A DNA stretch of 64,000 bases. Origin: an uncultured Planctomycetales bacterium (GTDB lineage: Bacteria; Omnitrophota; Gorgyraeia; Gygaellales; Profunditerraquicolaceae). Every line of letters starts with the position of its first letter. The first letter of the stretch is position 1. The stretch is from the NCBI GenBank assembly GCA_964545575.1, contig CAZJFL010000005.1, forward strand, positions 8,617-72,616, written 5' to 3'. A program made the translations under genes and the position numbers. Shown one piece after another: positions 19,667-30,293 of this stretch. The notes under the pieces are model-generated. The model worked only from the letters and a program-made list of their open reading frames with translations. It did not search any database and was not told the DNA's origin.

Positions 19667-20921
19667 AATAGTTCTTGAGGGAGGCGCAAGGCTTAAGGGA
19701 GAGATCACCATATCCGGCTCTAAGAACTCGGTGCTACCGATTTTAGCCGCGACTTTATTGACTGATGAACCCTGCCTGATCAGGGAAGTGCCTAATTTAC
19801 GCGACACCCATACAATGCTAAGAATCCTGCGTTCTTTAGGCAAGGCGGTGGAGTTTGATAAAGGCATAGTCGCGGTCAATCCCACAAGGCATGCCCATTT
19901 CGTGGCGGATTATAAATTGGTTTCCACCATGCGCGCTTCTTTTTGCGTCTTCGGGCCGCTCTTAGGGAAGTTAAAGAAAGCCAAGGTTTCCCTCCCCGGG
20001 GGATGCGTGATTGGTATACGGCCCGTAGACCTGCACTTAAAAGGGATGAAGGCGTTGGGCGCGGATATTAATATTGAATCAGGTTATGTGGTAGCAAAAG
20101 CAGCGCGGCTAAAAGGCGCGCATATGTATTTAGGCGGAGTTTACGGCTCTTCGGTTTTAGCCACGGGAAACGTGATGATGGCTGCGGCTTTAGCCCGGGG
20201 CAAGACGATCATTGAATCCGCTGCCTGCGAGCCGGAAGTCATTGATTTGGCGGATTTCCTGATTAAGATGGGCGCCAGGATTAAAGGCCAGGGTACCCCG
20301 ATTATAGAAATTGAAGGCGTAAAACAACTGCAGGGGGCAGAACATACGGTTATCCCCGACCGCATTGAAGCCGGCACATTCATAGCGGCGGCGCTGATCA
20401 CCAAAGGCGATATTCTGATTAAAAACGTTTTCTACCGGCATCTGGGCGCGGTGATCGATAAATTAGAAGAGGCGGGCGCCTGGATAACTAAAACCGACCA
20501 CTCCCTGCGCGTGCGTTTAAAAAGAAGGATCAGCCCGATCAATATTACCACACTTCCTTATCCGGGATTCCCTACTGATATGCAGGCGCAAGTGATGAGT
20601 TTAATGACCGTCACCCCGGGTATAAGCGTGATTACCGAAAAGATTTATCCGGACCGGTTCATGCACGTAGCCGAGCTTAACCGTATGGGCGCGCATATCC
20701 AGAGGGAGGGGCCGCATGCGATTGTGGAAGGCATCAAATATCTTTCGGGAGCGCCGGTGATGGCCTCGGACTTACGCGCCTCGGCCAGCCTTTTACTTGC
20801 CGGTTTAGTCGCCCGCGGTAAAACCTCGATATCCAGGATTTACCATCTGGAGCGCGGCTATGAGAATATGGATTTAAAATTAGAGCGGCTGGGAGCAAAG
20901 ATCTGGAGAGAAAAAGAATGA
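19659..20921 (+). CDS. murA: UDP-N-acetylglucosamine 1-carboxyvinyltransferase
   Basis: [44 protein letters not shown]. Confidence 0.97.
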   Translation: MDKIVLEGGARLKGEITISGSKNSVLPILAATLLTDEPCLIREVPNLRDTHTMLRILRSLGKAVEFDKGIVAVNPTRHAHFVADYKLVSTMRASFCVFGPLLGKLKKAKVSLPGGCVIGIRPVDLHLKGMKALGADINIESGYVVAKAARLKGAHMYLGGVYGSSVLATGNVMMAAALARGKTIIESAACEPEVIDLADFLIKMGARIKGQGTPIIEIEGVKQLQGAEHTVIPDRIEAGTFIAAALITKGDILIKNVFYRHLGAVIDKLEEAGAWITKTDHSLRVRLKRRISPINITTLPYPGFPTDMQAQVMSLMTVTPGISVITEKIYPDRFMHVAELNRMGAHIQREGPHAIVEGIKYLSGAPVMASDLRASASLLLAGLVARGKTSISRIYHLERGYENMDLKLERLGAKIWREKE

Positions 20922-21481
20922 TTTTAATGATCGATAATTACGATTCTTTCACCTACAACCTGGTGCAGTATTTAGGGGAATTAGGGCGGGAGGTTTGTGT
21001 TTACCGTAATGACAAAATAACCCTGAATCAGATCAGGAAACTAAAACCCGAAAAGATTTTAATTTCTCCCGGCCCCGGCAGGCCGGAAGATGCCGGGATT
21101 TCCTGCGCCGTGATCAGGGAATTCGCCGGTAAAATCCCCCTTTTAGGGGTCTGCCTCGGTCATCAGGCCATCGGCTATGTTTACGGGGGAAAGATCGTCG
21201 GCGCAAAGAAGCTGATGCACGGCAAAACCTCACCAATTTATCACGCTCGGAAAGGGTTATTCAAAGGGCTGCCCAATCCTTTCCTGGCTACGCGCTATCA
21301 CTCCCTGATTGTAGAGAAAAAATCATTACCGAGGGACCTCTTGATCACGGCCTGGACTAAAGAGGGAGAGATTATGGGCCTTAAACACAAGAAATATCCG
21401 CTTTGGGGAGTGCAGTTTCATCCGGAATCTATTTTAACGCCGGCCGGCAAAGACCTGTTGGCTAACTTCTTAAGACAATGA
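20918..21481 (+). CDS. trpG: Anthranilate synthase component II (glutamine amidotransferase)
   Basis: [35 protein letters not shown]; precedes trpD. Confidence 0.92.
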   Translation: MILMIDNYDSFTYNLVQYLGELGREVCVYRNDKITLNQIRKLKPEKILISPGPGRPEDAGISCAVIREFAGKIPLLGVCLGHQAIGYVYGGKIVGAKKLMHGKTSPIYHARKGLFKGLPNPFLATRYHSLIVEKKSLPRDLLITAWTKEGEIMGLKHKKYPLWGVQFHPESILTPAGKDLLANFLRQ

Positions 21482-22485
21482 TCAAAGACTTGATTGCTGA
21501 ATTAGCGCAAAAAAAAGATTTAAGCCCCGAGCAGATGCAGCAGGCAATGGAGGAGATTTTAACTGGCGCAACCGCAACCGCCGATATCATCGAATTCCTG
21601 GCTTATCTTAATGATAAGGGAGAAACAGTCGAAGAGCTGACTGCGGCAGTTAAGGTGATGTTGAAATATGTCGACCCGATTATCGTGGATAAGCCAAATA
21701 TCCTGGATACCTGCGGCACCGGAGGCGACAAAAAAGGGACATTTAATATTTCTACGATCAGCGCAATTGTCGCCAGTGGCGCAGGCGTAACTGTGGCTAA
21801 ACACGGCAACCGTTCGGTTTCCAGTAAATGCGGCAGCGCCGATATACTGGAGGCATTAGGCGTCAATATCGCCATGGATAAGGAAAAAATAAAAAAGTGC
21901 CTCCAAGAGATAGGCATTGCTTTTCTTTTTGCCCCCAGTTTACACCCGGCAATGCAACAGGTAATGCCGGCAAGGAAGCAAATGGCTCAAAAAACCATGT
22001 TTAATATACTCGGGCCTTTAATCAATCCGGCCAGAGCCACTAACCAGTTAATCGGAGTTTATAGTCCGGAGTGGACCAAGATCCTGGCGCGCGTTTTGTC
22101 TAATTTTGGCACGCTGCATGTCTTGGTGGTACACGGCAAAGACGGATTAGATGAGGTGACGACTACGGATAAAACTTTTGTCTGTGAAGCTAATAGAGGG
22201 GTTTTCAGGGATTATGAGATCGCTCCCGAAGATTTCGGTTTCCGGCGGGCAAAAATTGAAGATTTAATAGGCGGGGGCATTTCGGAGAATGTCCAAATCG
22301 TGCTGGATATACTCGGCGGTAAAGCTGGTCCTAAGCGCGACATTGTGCTTTTAAACGCCGGGTGCGCCATCTATGCGGCGGATAAAGCCGCCTCGATTAA
22401 TGCAGGGATAAAACTGGCGGTGGAGGCCATAGGTTCGGGAAAGGCGCTTCGGAAATTAGAATTATTAAAGAAATATTCTCAATGA
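21478..22485 (+). CDS. trpD: Anthranilate phosphoribosyltransferase
   Basis: [33 protein letters not shown]. Confidence 0.96.
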   Translation: MIKDLIAELAQKKDLSPEQMQQAMEEILTGATATADIIEFLAYLNDKGETVEELTAAVKVMLKYVDPIIVDKPNILDTCGTGGDKKGTFNISTISAIVASGAGVTVAKHGNRSVSSKCGSADILEALGVNIAMDKEKIKKCLQEIGIAFLFAPSLHPAMQQVMPARKQMAQKTMFNILGPLINPARATNQLIGVYSPEWTKILARVLSNFGTLHVLVVHGKDGLDEVTTTDKTFVCEANRGVFRDYEIAPEDFGFRRAKIEDLIGGGISENVQIVLDILGGKAGPKRDIVLLNAGCAIYAADKAASINAGIKLAVEAIGSGKALRKLELLKKYSQ

Positions 22486-23273
22486 TGAATAAAACGGACT
22501 GCTTGAAAGGAATCGTCTTAAAAAAGAAAGAAAGGGTAACACTGGCCAAGCAATCCTTCCCGGAGGAAGTATTAAAGGAGAAACTCGCGGGGTTGCCGGC
22601 TACGCGCGGCTTTAGAGAAGCGATCAATAAGCCCCGGGAAATATCCCTGATCGCAGAGATAAAGAGGCAATCTCCTTCTGCGGGGGTGATCTCAGGCGAT
22701 TTTAACCCCGCCCAGATCGCCAAAACCTATCAAGAGGCAGGAGTCCAGGCAATCTCCGTATTAACCGAGGAGGACTTTTTCGGCGGGAGTCCGGCTTATC
22801 TTAACGAGGTAAAAAATGCGGCGGATGTTGCGGTATTAAGAAAGGATTTTATTTTAGAGCCTTATCAGGTTTATGAGTCCAGGGTTTACGGGGCAGATGC
22901 CATACTTTTGATCGCCGGCCTCTTAACCCGGGAAACTTTATCGGAATTAATGGGGTTGGCAGATAGCTTAGGCCTGGAGTATTTAGTGGAAGTCCACGAC
23001 GAAAAAGAATTAAAAAAGGTCCTCAATCTAGGAGTCCCGCTGATCGGGATAAATAACCGCAATCTGCATACTCTGGAGGTGGATTTTAAAACTACGGAAA
23101 AACTTTTCCTGCTTATTCCTAAAGATAAAATAGTGGTGGTGGAAAGCGGGATAAAGAGTTATCAGGATGTGCTCTTTTTGAAAATCTTAGGGATTAAGGC
23201 AGTACTGGTGGGCGAGGCGATTATGCGCGCAGAAGATAAGAAGAAAAAGATCGCAGAGCTGATGGGATGGTAA
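22482..23273 (+). CDS. trpC: Indole-3-glycerol phosphate synthase
   Basis: IAEIKRQSPSAG, ISVLTE, LRKDFI, GINNRNL, ESGI. Confidence 0.96.
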   Translation: MMNKTDCLKGIVLKKKERVTLAKQSFPEEVLKEKLAGLPATRGFREAINKPREISLIAEIKRQSPSAGVISGDFNPAQIAKTYQEAGVQAISVLTEEDFFGGSPAYLNEVKNAADVAVLRKDFILEPYQVYESRVYGADAILLIAGLLTRETLSELMGLADSLGLEYLVEVHDEKELKKVLNLGVPLIGINNRNLHTLEVDFKTTEKLFLLIPKDKIVVVESGIKSYQDVLFLKILGIKAVLVGEAIMRAEDKKKKIAELMGW

Positions 23274-23881
23274 GGGTTAAGATATGCGGGATAACTAATT
23301 TAGAAGATGCGCTGAATGCGGTAGACGCCGGGGCCGATGCGTTGGGGTTTGTCTTCTATAAAAAAAGCCCGCGCTATATTACGCCAGATGATGCCGGGGA
23401 TATAACTAAAAGGTTACCGGCAAGCACGATAAAGGTCGGGGTATTTGTGAATGCGAGGGAAAAGTCGATTAAAAGAATTGCCAGAATCTGCGGGTTAAAT
23501 ATGCTTCAGTTTCACGGGGACGAATCGCCCGAGTTTTGCAGTAGATTTCAGGGGTATAAAATCATTAAGGCCTCCCGCATCAAAGGTGCGCTGGATATCC
23601 TTAAGATATTAAGATATAAGCCATATGCTTATCTTTTTGATACCTGGGTGAGTAATAAGGCAGGGGGCACAGGAAAGAGATTTAACTGGAGTTTGTTGAA
23701 GAATTTTAGTAAGATAGGGCGTAGGATATTCTTATCCGGCGGCCTTAATGCCACAAATGTAAAACAGGCTATAAATATAGTGCATCCTGAGTGGGTGGAT
23801 GCCTCAAGCGGAGTTGAGGTGAGGTCGGGTAAAAAGGACACGCGGAAATTAAAAAAATTTATTCAGGCGGCTAAATTATGA
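23267..23881 (+). CDS. trpF: Phosphoribosylanthranilate isomerase
   Basis: VKICGIT, SPRY, QFHGDE, GGTG..F.W, LSGGL, D.SSGVE. Confidence 0.96.
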   Translation: MVRVKICGITNLEDALNAVDAGADALGFVFYKKSPRYITPDDAGDITKRLPASTIKVGVFVNAREKSIKRIARICGLNMLQFHGDESPEFCSRFQGYKIIKASRIKGALDILKILRYKPYAYLFDTWVSNKAGGTGKRFNWSLLKNFSKIGRRIFLSGGLNATNVKQAINIVHPEWVDASSGVEVRSGKKDTRKLKKFIQAAKL

Positions 23882-25062
23882 AATTACCGGATAAATCAGG
23901 ACATTTTAACGGCTTTGGCGGCAGGTTTGTGCCGGAAACGCTGATTTTTGCCTTAGACGAATTAGAGAAAGAATATTGCCGGGCGAGAAGCGATAAAAAG
24001 TTTAAGCAGGAGCTCGCCTATTATCTTAAAGAATATGCCGGCCGGCCCACGCCCTTATACCTGGCGCGGAACTTAAGCCAAGAACTGGGTATTTCTAAGG
24101 TCTACCTTAAACGCGAAGACCTCCTGCATACCGGCGCCCATAAGATCAATAATACTTTGGGGCAGGGGCTGCTTGCGCTGCGCATGAAAAAGCCGCGCGT
24201 CATTGCCGAGACCGGAGCAGGCCAGCACGGAGTGGCGACCGCTACCGTGGCAGCATTGTTCGGATTAAAGTGCGATGTCTATATGGGCGAGGAGGATATA
24301 GAACGGCAGAAGCTTAACGTATTCCGGATGAAACTCTTGGGGGCGCGGGTGATACCGGTAGCAAGCGGGGCTAAGACTTTAAAAGACGCGATGACTGAGG
24401 CATTAAGAGATTGGGTAACTAACGTGCGCCATACCCATTATATAATAGGTAGCGTAGCCGGCCCCCATCCCTATCCGGCGATGGTCAGGGATTTTCAATC
24501 TATAATCGGGCAAGAAGCAAAAAAGCAGGTCTTAGCTAAAGAAAAGCGGCTTCCGGATTATCTGATTGCTTGTGTCGGCGGCGGCAGCAACGCCTTAGGA
24601 CTGTTTTATCCTTTCTTTAAAGATAAAAAAGTAAAGTTTATAGGCGTTGAAGCCGCAGGTTTAGGCTTGGCCTCTGGCAAACATTGCGCCACTTTGGTAA
24701 GCGGTAGTCCCGGAGTCCTGCACGGCTCAAAATCCGAGCTTTTAGAGGATAAATTCGGTCAGGTCAAGCCTACGCATTCCATTGCCGCGGGGTTAGATTA
24801 TCCCGGCGTAGGCCCGGAGCACGCTTATTATAAAAAAATAGGGCGTGCTGCTTATGTTGCGGTAAGCGACGAGGAGGCGCTGGAAGGATTCCGCCTGCTC
24901 TCTGAAAGCGAAGGCATAATTCCCGCGCTTGAGCCGTCGCATGCAATTGCTTATTTAAAGAAGGCGCGCCGTAAATTCAAAAAAGATTCTTTAATAATTG
25001 TCTGCCTTTCCGGAAGAGGAGATAAAGATATGTATAGCGTTTCCGGAAAATTACACTTATGA
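23878..25062 (+). CDS. trpB: Tryptophan synthase beta chain
   Basis: [43 protein letters not shown]. Confidence 0.98.
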   Translation: MKLPDKSGHFNGFGGRFVPETLIFALDELEKEYCRARSDKKFKQELAYYLKEYAGRPTPLYLARNLSQELGISKVYLKREDLLHTGAHKINNTLGQGLLALRMKKPRVIAETGAGQHGVATATVAALFGLKCDVYMGEEDIERQKLNVFRMKLLGARVIPVASGAKTLKDAMTEALRDWVTNVRHTHYIIGSVAGPHPYPAMVRDFQSIIGQEAKKQVLAKEKRLPDYLIACVGGGSNALGLFYPFFKDKKVKFIGVEAAGLGLASGKHCATLVSGSPGVLHGSKSELLEDKFGQVKPTHSIAAGLDYPGVGPEHAYYKKIGRAAYVAVSDEEALEGFRLLSESEGIIPALEPSHAIAYLKKARRKFKKDSLIIVCLSGRGDKDMYSVSGKLHL

Positions 25063-25844
25063 ACCGTATAGAAAAAAAATTTAAGTTTTTAAAAAAGAAC
25101 GGCAAAAAAGCCTTCATTGCTTTTATTACCGCCGGCTACCCTAATTTAAAGATTACTGGGAGATTAGTGCTGGAGTTTGCCCGCCTGGGAGTGGATGTCG
25201 TAGAATTAGGCGTTCCCTTTTCCGATCCCTTAGCCGACGGCCCGCTGATCCAGGCGGCATCTGGCGCAGCCTTGCGTAAAAAAGTAAATTTGCCCAAGAT
25301 ATTAAAGTTAGTCAGAGAGATACGTAAAGATACGCAAATACCTATCTGTCTGATGACTTATTTTAACCCGATTTTCTGTTTCGGAGAGAAGAAATTTGTG
25401 GAAGAGGCGGTTTTATCCGGAGTAGACGGGGTGATTATACCTGATCTTCCTCCGGAAGAGGGCAGGCTTTTTATCGCCGCCGCTGGTAAAAAAGGGCTGG
25501 ACGTAATCTGTTTTATTTCACCGACTACTTCCCGGGCGCGTATAAAATATATATCCCGAATAGTCAAAGGTTTTATTTATTATGTTTCTCTGACCGGAGT
25601 TACCGGGCCGCGAGAGGGGCTTTCTACCGGCCTGGTCGCCCATTTAAAGGCGATCAAAAGGATCACTGCCAAGCCTGTTTGCGTAGGTTTCGGTATTTCC
25701 AATACCCGCCAGATAAGACAGCTTTACCGCCATGCCGACGGCGTAATCGTCGGAAGCGCAATCATTAAAAAAATCAGAGAGAATATCAAAAGTCCCGGAT
25801 TAGTCAGGAGAGTAGGCAGCTTTGTGCGGAGCCTAAAAAGATGA
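25059..25844 (+). CDS. trpA: Tryptophan synthase alpha chain
   Basis: [40 protein letters not shown]. Confidence 0.97.
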   Translation: MNRIEKKFKFLKKNGKKAFIAFITAGYPNLKITGRLVLEFARLGVDVVELGVPFSDPLADGPLIQAASGAALRKKVNLPKILKLVREIRKDTQIPICLMTYFNPIFCFGEKKFVEEAVLSGVDGVIIPDLPPEEGRLFIAAAGKKGLDVICFISPTTSRARIKYISRIVKGFIYYVSLTGVTGPREGLSTGLVAHLKAIKRITAKPVCVGFGISNTRQIRQLYRHADGVIVGSAIIKKIRENIKSPGLVRRVGSFVRSLKR

Positions 25845-27121
25845 ATTCATTATATAAAAAGACTACTCTGGATAACGGGGTAAGGGTTATTACTTATCCT
25901 ATGGCAGAGAGGCAATCCGTAGCCATAGGCGTCTGGATGAAAGTGGGGGGCAGGTACGAATCGCGCGATAATAAGGGTATCGCCCATTTTCTGGAACATA
26001 TGTGTTTTAAGGGGAGCGAAAAATATTCCTGCCGCCGGATAAAAGAATCCATTGAGGGCAGGGGCGGGGCTTTAAACGGCTTTACTTCGGAAGAATTGAC
26101 CTGTTATCTGGCAAAAATGCCGGCCAGCCATATAAATTTGGCGTTGGATATCCTTGCGGATATGGCGATTAACCCGCTGCTGGCCGAAGATGAAATAGAA
26201 AAAGAGAGAACGGTAATTCTAGAAGAGATGAAGATGTATAAAGATCTGCCTCAGGCTTACGTCTATGATTTGCTGGATGAGCTTTTATGGCCGGATCATC
26301 CTTTAGGGATGAGTATTATCGGTTACGCCGAGTCGGTAGGAAAAATCAAAAAACAGGACATTGGCCTCTTTAAAGAAAAGTTCTACACTCCGCTTAATAT
26401 CGTGCTGAGCGCTTGCGGAAATTTAGACCACGATGACTTTACCGGTAAAGTAAAAGATATTTTTTCCGGGCTTAAAGATAAAAATATAAATACCGACCTT
26501 ACGGCAGAGGAGAAACAGGATAGCCCTAAACTGAATGTCTTTGATAAGGATACCGAGCAGACGCATTTGGCCTTAGGGTTTCATAGCCTTAAAAGAGATC
26601 ACCCCGCAAGGCACGCTTTAGGGATGCTTAATATTATACTTGGCGCTAATATGTCCAGCCGCCTTTTTGATGAATTAAGGGAGAAGAGAGGATTGTGTTA
26701 TGAAATCGGCACGCAGGTCAAACGTTTTCGGGATACCGGCGCTTTCATCGTGCATGCCGGGATGGATAACCTAAAGGTAAGCGAAGCGCTGGGTCTGATT
26801 TTAAAAGAGTTCGACAAGATCAAACGCGAGCCGGTTAGCCACGATGAGTTCGAGCGCGCCAAAGAGTTCTACCTCGGCCAGCTCATGCTTATCCTGGAAG
26901 ATACGCTGGACCATATGCTTTGGATCGGCGATTCGACCGCCGTGCTGGATAAAACCTATAGCTTGGAGGAGATAATCAGAGAAGCCAATCAAGTCAAGCC
27001 GCAGGATATCCGGGAAGTCGCCGGCAGGATATTTCAGGAAAATAATTTGAACTTAGCGCTGATCGGTCCGCTTAAAGATAGCCAGGATAAAATACGCAGC
27101 CAGCTGCATTTCAGCCCATAA
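25841..27121 (+). CDS. M16 family (pitrilysin-like) zinc peptidase
   Basis: GIAHFLEHM (HxxEH), LNGFTS.E.T, MSSRLF.ELREKRGL.Y. Confidence 0.93.
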   Translation: MNSLYKKTTLDNGVRVITYPMAERQSVAIGVWMKVGGRYESRDNKGIAHFLEHMCFKGSEKYSCRRIKESIEGRGGALNGFTSEELTCYLAKMPASHINLALDILADMAINPLLAEDEIEKERTVILEEMKMYKDLPQAYVYDLLDELLWPDHPLGMSIIGYAESVGKIKKQDIGLFKEKFYTPLNIVLSACGNLDHDDFTGKVKDIFSGLKDKNINTDLTAEEKQDSPKLNVFDKDTEQTHLALGFHSLKRDHPARHALGMLNIILGANMSSRLFDELREKRGLCYEIGTQVKRFRDTGAFIVHAGMDNLKVSEALGLILKEFDKIKREPVSHDEFERAKEFYLGQLMLILEDTLDHMLWIGDSTAVLDKTYSLEEIIREANQVKPQDIREVAGRIFQENNLNLALIGPLKDSQDKIRSQLHFSP

Positions 27122-27134
27122 GAGGGATTAGCAA

Positions 27135-28166
27135 ATGGTTTTATTATTTCCGTTGCCGTTAATATTGATATTTTTACTGGTTCTGGCTCTTTTATCTTTT
27201 TTCTTTTCCGCTTCTGAAACCGCCATCATCGGCTTAAGCAAGATCAGGCTGCGCAATATGATCCGTAAAGGCATAAAACGGGCCCAGAGTATACAGAACC
27301 TGATTACCAAGCTGGATAAGTTCATCGCAGCCATCCTTATAGGTAATGATTTCGTAAACATCGCAATTTCTGCCATTGTCACCGCAATATTCGTTCAGGT
27401 CTTCGGTTACCGCTGGGGCGTGGTCATCGCTACTTTTAGTTCTACTTTCTTCGTCCTTATCCTCTGCGAAATAACTCCTAAAATATTAGCCATCAAGCAT
27501 GCTGAAAAAATAGCCCTTTTTACCGCCCCAATTATGGAATTATTTATTCGCGTCTTCAAGCCGATTATCCTGATTTTTACGGTAACCAGCAGCGTGATCT
27601 TAAGGGTATTCGGCATAAAGCCGGTAAAGCGCTCTCCGTTGATTACTGAAGAGGAATTGCGCATGATGATCGAGGTAGGCAAGGAGGAGGGTGTTTTAAG
27701 CGAGCAGGAAAGGAAGATGCTGCATCGTATCTTTGAATTTGGCGATACTAAGGTAGCCGACGTGATGGTACCGAAGGGAAAAATCATCGCAGTCAATATA
27801 AACTCTAGCGCCGAAGAAGTACTAAACATCTTTGCCGAAGAGGGCCACGCCAGGCTTCCGGTTTATTCCGGGTCTATCGATAATATCGTAGGCATGCTTT
27901 ATGCCCGCGACCTGCTTTATATCTTAAAGGACAAGGGATTATTTTTATTGCAGGATTTATTGCATGCGATATATTTTGCTCCCGGAAATATGCGCGTAAA
28001 TGAGCTTCTGATTAAGTTTCAGGCCGAAAAAATACAGATTGCAGTCATCGTGGATGATAAGAAAAATACCTCCGGTATAGTCACCCTTGAAGATCTGATC
28101 GAGGAAATAGTGGGGGAGGTCAAAGAAAAGCACACTAGGCATAGTTCCGGCCGCCCCAAAAATTAA
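27135..28166 (+). CDS. CNNM/DUF21-CBS domain membrane protein (CorB/hemolysin family)
   Basis: FFSASETA, ILIGN..VN, EITPK, VADVMVP, GIVTLEDLIEEIVGE; ends without a CorC_HlyC domain. Confidence 0.9.
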   Translation: MVLLFPLPLILIFLLVLALLSFFFSASETAIIGLSKIRLRNMIRKGIKRAQSIQNLITKLDKFIAAILIGNDFVNIAISAIVTAIFVQVFGYRWGVVIATFSSTFFVLILCEITPKILAIKHAEKIALFTAPIMELFIRVFKPIILIFTVTSSVILRVFGIKPVKRSPLITEEELRMMIEVGKEEGVLSEQERKMLHRIFEFGDTKVADVMVPKGKIIAVNINSSAEEVLNIFAEEGHARLPVYSGSIDNIVGMLYARDLLYILKDKGLFLLQDLLHAIYFAPGNMRVNELLIKFQAEKIQIAVIVDDKKNTSGIVTLEDLIEEIVGEVKEKHTRHSSGRPKN

Positions 28167-28178
28167 TTATATTTTTTC

Positions 28179-28207
28179 TTGACATTATTTATTAAATATG
28201 ATAAAGT
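28179..28207 (+). promoter_or_regulatory. Putative sigma70 promoter (TTGACA-17-TAAAGT, extended TG)
   Basis: Read directly in intergenic DNA. Confidence 0.55.
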
Positions 28208-28233
28208 TAGACAAAATATAAAGGAGGTGGAAG

Positions 28234-28911
28234 ATGAGTAATTGGAATGCAGTTTTAGTGGAACCAGCCAAGCTCGTGCTTTTCCAGATCGGGCAGTTCC
28301 TAGTGAGCGTGCTTCTGGTAATTATTATCCTCATCATTGGTTGGTTGATCGCAAAACTCATCAAAGCACTGGTTATAAAGGTGCTAAGGGTGGCGAAACT
28401 CGATGACCTTTCCGACCGTATCGAGTTGGATAGCTTGTTAGCCAAGGGCGGCATCGGATATTCGCTTTCCGAACTGATCGGCGCGATTTGCTACTGGCTG
28501 GCGCTTTTAGTCACCTTCATGGTCGCTATCAATGCTATAGGTTTAACTATTGCTGCGGACCTGTTGAATAAGATAGTCCTCTATATACCTAATATTATTG
28601 CGGCAATATTCATCCTGATATTGGGTATGTTTATATCTACAATCGTGAGGAATATCGTTCAGACAGCAGCTAATAACGCGGGCCTGGATTATGCTAAGGT
28701 TTTAGCAAAAATAGTTGATATCGCGGTGATGGTTTTTGCAGTAGCCATTGCTTTGGAACAGCTCAACATCGGCTCCAGCATGATTCAGCTAACCATCAGT
28801 GTAATATTAGGCGCTATAGGTTTAGCCATAGCTTTAGCCTTCGGCTTAGGCTGCAAAGATATCGCGGCTAAGTCTATGTCAGAGTTTATTGATAAGCTAA
28901 AAAAGAAATAA
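28234..28911 (+). CDS. Multi-pass membrane protein with conserved TM-helix repeats (CmpX/MscS-associated type)
   Basis: LIIGWLIAK, YIPNIIAAIFIL..G, ALEQL.I, LAIALAFGLG.KD. Confidence 0.75.
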   Translation: MSNWNAVLVEPAKLVLFQIGQFLVSVLLVIIILIIGWLIAKLIKALVIKVLRVAKLDDLSDRIELDSLLAKGGIGYSLSELIGAICYWLALLVTFMVAINAIGLTIAADLLNKIVLYIPNIIAAIFILILGMFISTIVRNIVQTAANNAGLDYAKVLAKIVDIAVMVFAVAIALEQLNIGSSMIQLTISVILGAIGLAIALAFGLGCKDIAAKSMSEFIDKLKKK

Positions 28912-28932
28912 TGTTGGTTGTTTGAAACCTAT

Positions 28933-28976
28933 TTAACCCCCTGCTCTCGTTTTGAGGGCAGGGGGTTAATATTTTT
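28933..28976 (+). terminator. Intrinsic terminator
   Basis: TTAACCCCCTGCTCTC / GAGGGCAGGGGGTTAA stem followed by TATTTTT. Confidence 0.8.
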
Positions 28977-29000
28977 AGGGCGGCTTTTTAAAAAAAACCT

Positions 29001-30293
29001 ATGCTTTTCATAAAAAAAACGCCGGTAGAGCTATCCATAATATTGCCTGTATGCAATGAAGAAAAGAACTTGGCCGTCCTTCTCCCTGATCTTAAAAAAA
29101 AATTACAGGCCTGTGTAAAGTCGTTTGAAATTATTGTAGTTGATGCCGGCTCCAAAGATAATAGCGTAAGCATTGCTAGCAACTTAGGGGCTAAGGTATT
29201 TGTGCAGAAGCAGAAAAAATTTGCAGCCGCTATTAAGGAAGGAATAGAGGCCTCTTGCGGTGAGTATGTGATAACGTTGGATGCGGACAATTCTCATCCT
29301 CCGGAACTGATCCGGGAATTGATCGATGCCATAAAAGAAGCCGATCTGGTTATCGCTTCGAGGTATATCAAAGGAGCTGTTTTCCGGACTAATATATTCA
29401 GGAGGATGGGCAGCCAGCTATTAAATAAAATCTTCAAATATATTCTTTCCCTATCCGTAAACGACTTGTCAAGCGGTTTCAGGATATACCGGCGAGAGGT
29501 ATTAAAGGGCATTCAAATAGAATCGCAGGGTTTTGACATAGAATTAGAGACACTCATAAAAATAATTAGTGCCGGTTGGTGTGTTAAGGAAATTCCGTTA
29601 TCATACAAAAAAAGATTGTTCGGACGATCAAAGGCGAGCTGGAGTAATTGCGTAGCATTTTTTAAAACGTGCATTAGGATGTATAAATTAAGGAATTCTA
29701 TACTTTCAGGCGACTATGATGACCGTGCTTCTAGCAGTAAATTATTGCTGCAGAGGCTCTGGCATAAATATAAAGATAGGATGGCATTTGAATATGTAAA
29801 AAAGGAAGCATTCTCTCTGGATGCCGGATGCGGTTCGGGAAGCTTTATCCAGAATTTTAGTAACGTTGTAGGCTTAGATACGGATATGAATAAGGCACGA
29901 TACCTTAAGCGCGCCAAAGGATTAAAAAATCATATTCCGTTAGGAAGCATCACGGATATGCCCTTTAAAAACGAAACGTTTGAGCAGGTTATGTGCTCAG
30001 AGGTTATAGAGCATGTCCCTAAAGTAGGCAGGGTATTTCGGGAGTTCTGGCGAGTGCTTAAACCTAATGGCAGACTGATTATTACCACGCCGGATTATGG
30101 CCGGCCTATTTGGCCTTTTTTCGAATGGTTTTACCATAAGGCCATACCGGATGGTTATGCGGATCAGCATATCAGCCATTATGATTATAACGAATTACAG
30201 CGATTACTCAAAGACAATAATTTCGAGATCATCGACCACAGGTCTTTTCTTGGCGCTATAATTATTCTGAAAGCAAAAAAGCGTGGCGCCTAA
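29001..30293 (+). CDS. GT2 (DPM1/polyprenyl-phosphate glycosyltransferase-like) fused to class I SAM methyltransferase
   Basis: SIILPVCNE, VVDAGSKD, TLDADNSHPP, DLSSGFR; C-terminal LDAGCGSG, SEVIEHV, LKPNGRL..TTP. Confidence 0.88.
   Translation: MLFIKKTPVELSIILPVCNEEKNLAVLLPDLKKKLQACVKSFEIIVVDAGSKDNSVSIASNLGAKVFVQKQKKFAAAIKEGIEASCGEYVITLDADNSHPPELIRELIDAIKEADLVIASRYIKGAVFRTNIFRRMGSQLLNKIFKYILSLSVNDLSSGFRIYRREVLKGIQIESQGFDIELETLIKIISAGWCVKEIPLSYKKRLFGRSKASWSNCVAFFKTCIRMYKLRNSILSGDYDDRASSSKLLLQRLWHKYKDRMAFEYVKKEAFSLDAGCGSGSFIQNFSNVVGLDTDMNKARYLKRAKGLKNHIPLGSITDMPFKNETFEQVMCSEVIEHVPKVGRVFREFWRVLKPNGRLIITTPDYGRPIWPFFEWFYHKAIPDGYADQHISHYDYNELQRLLKDNNFEIIDHRSFLGAIIILKAKKRGA

Noticed and set aside
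25071-25100. Poly-A tracts at the trpA start and in other genes as phase-variation sites
   Set aside because: A-runs are common throughout these Lys-rich genes and the frames are intact.
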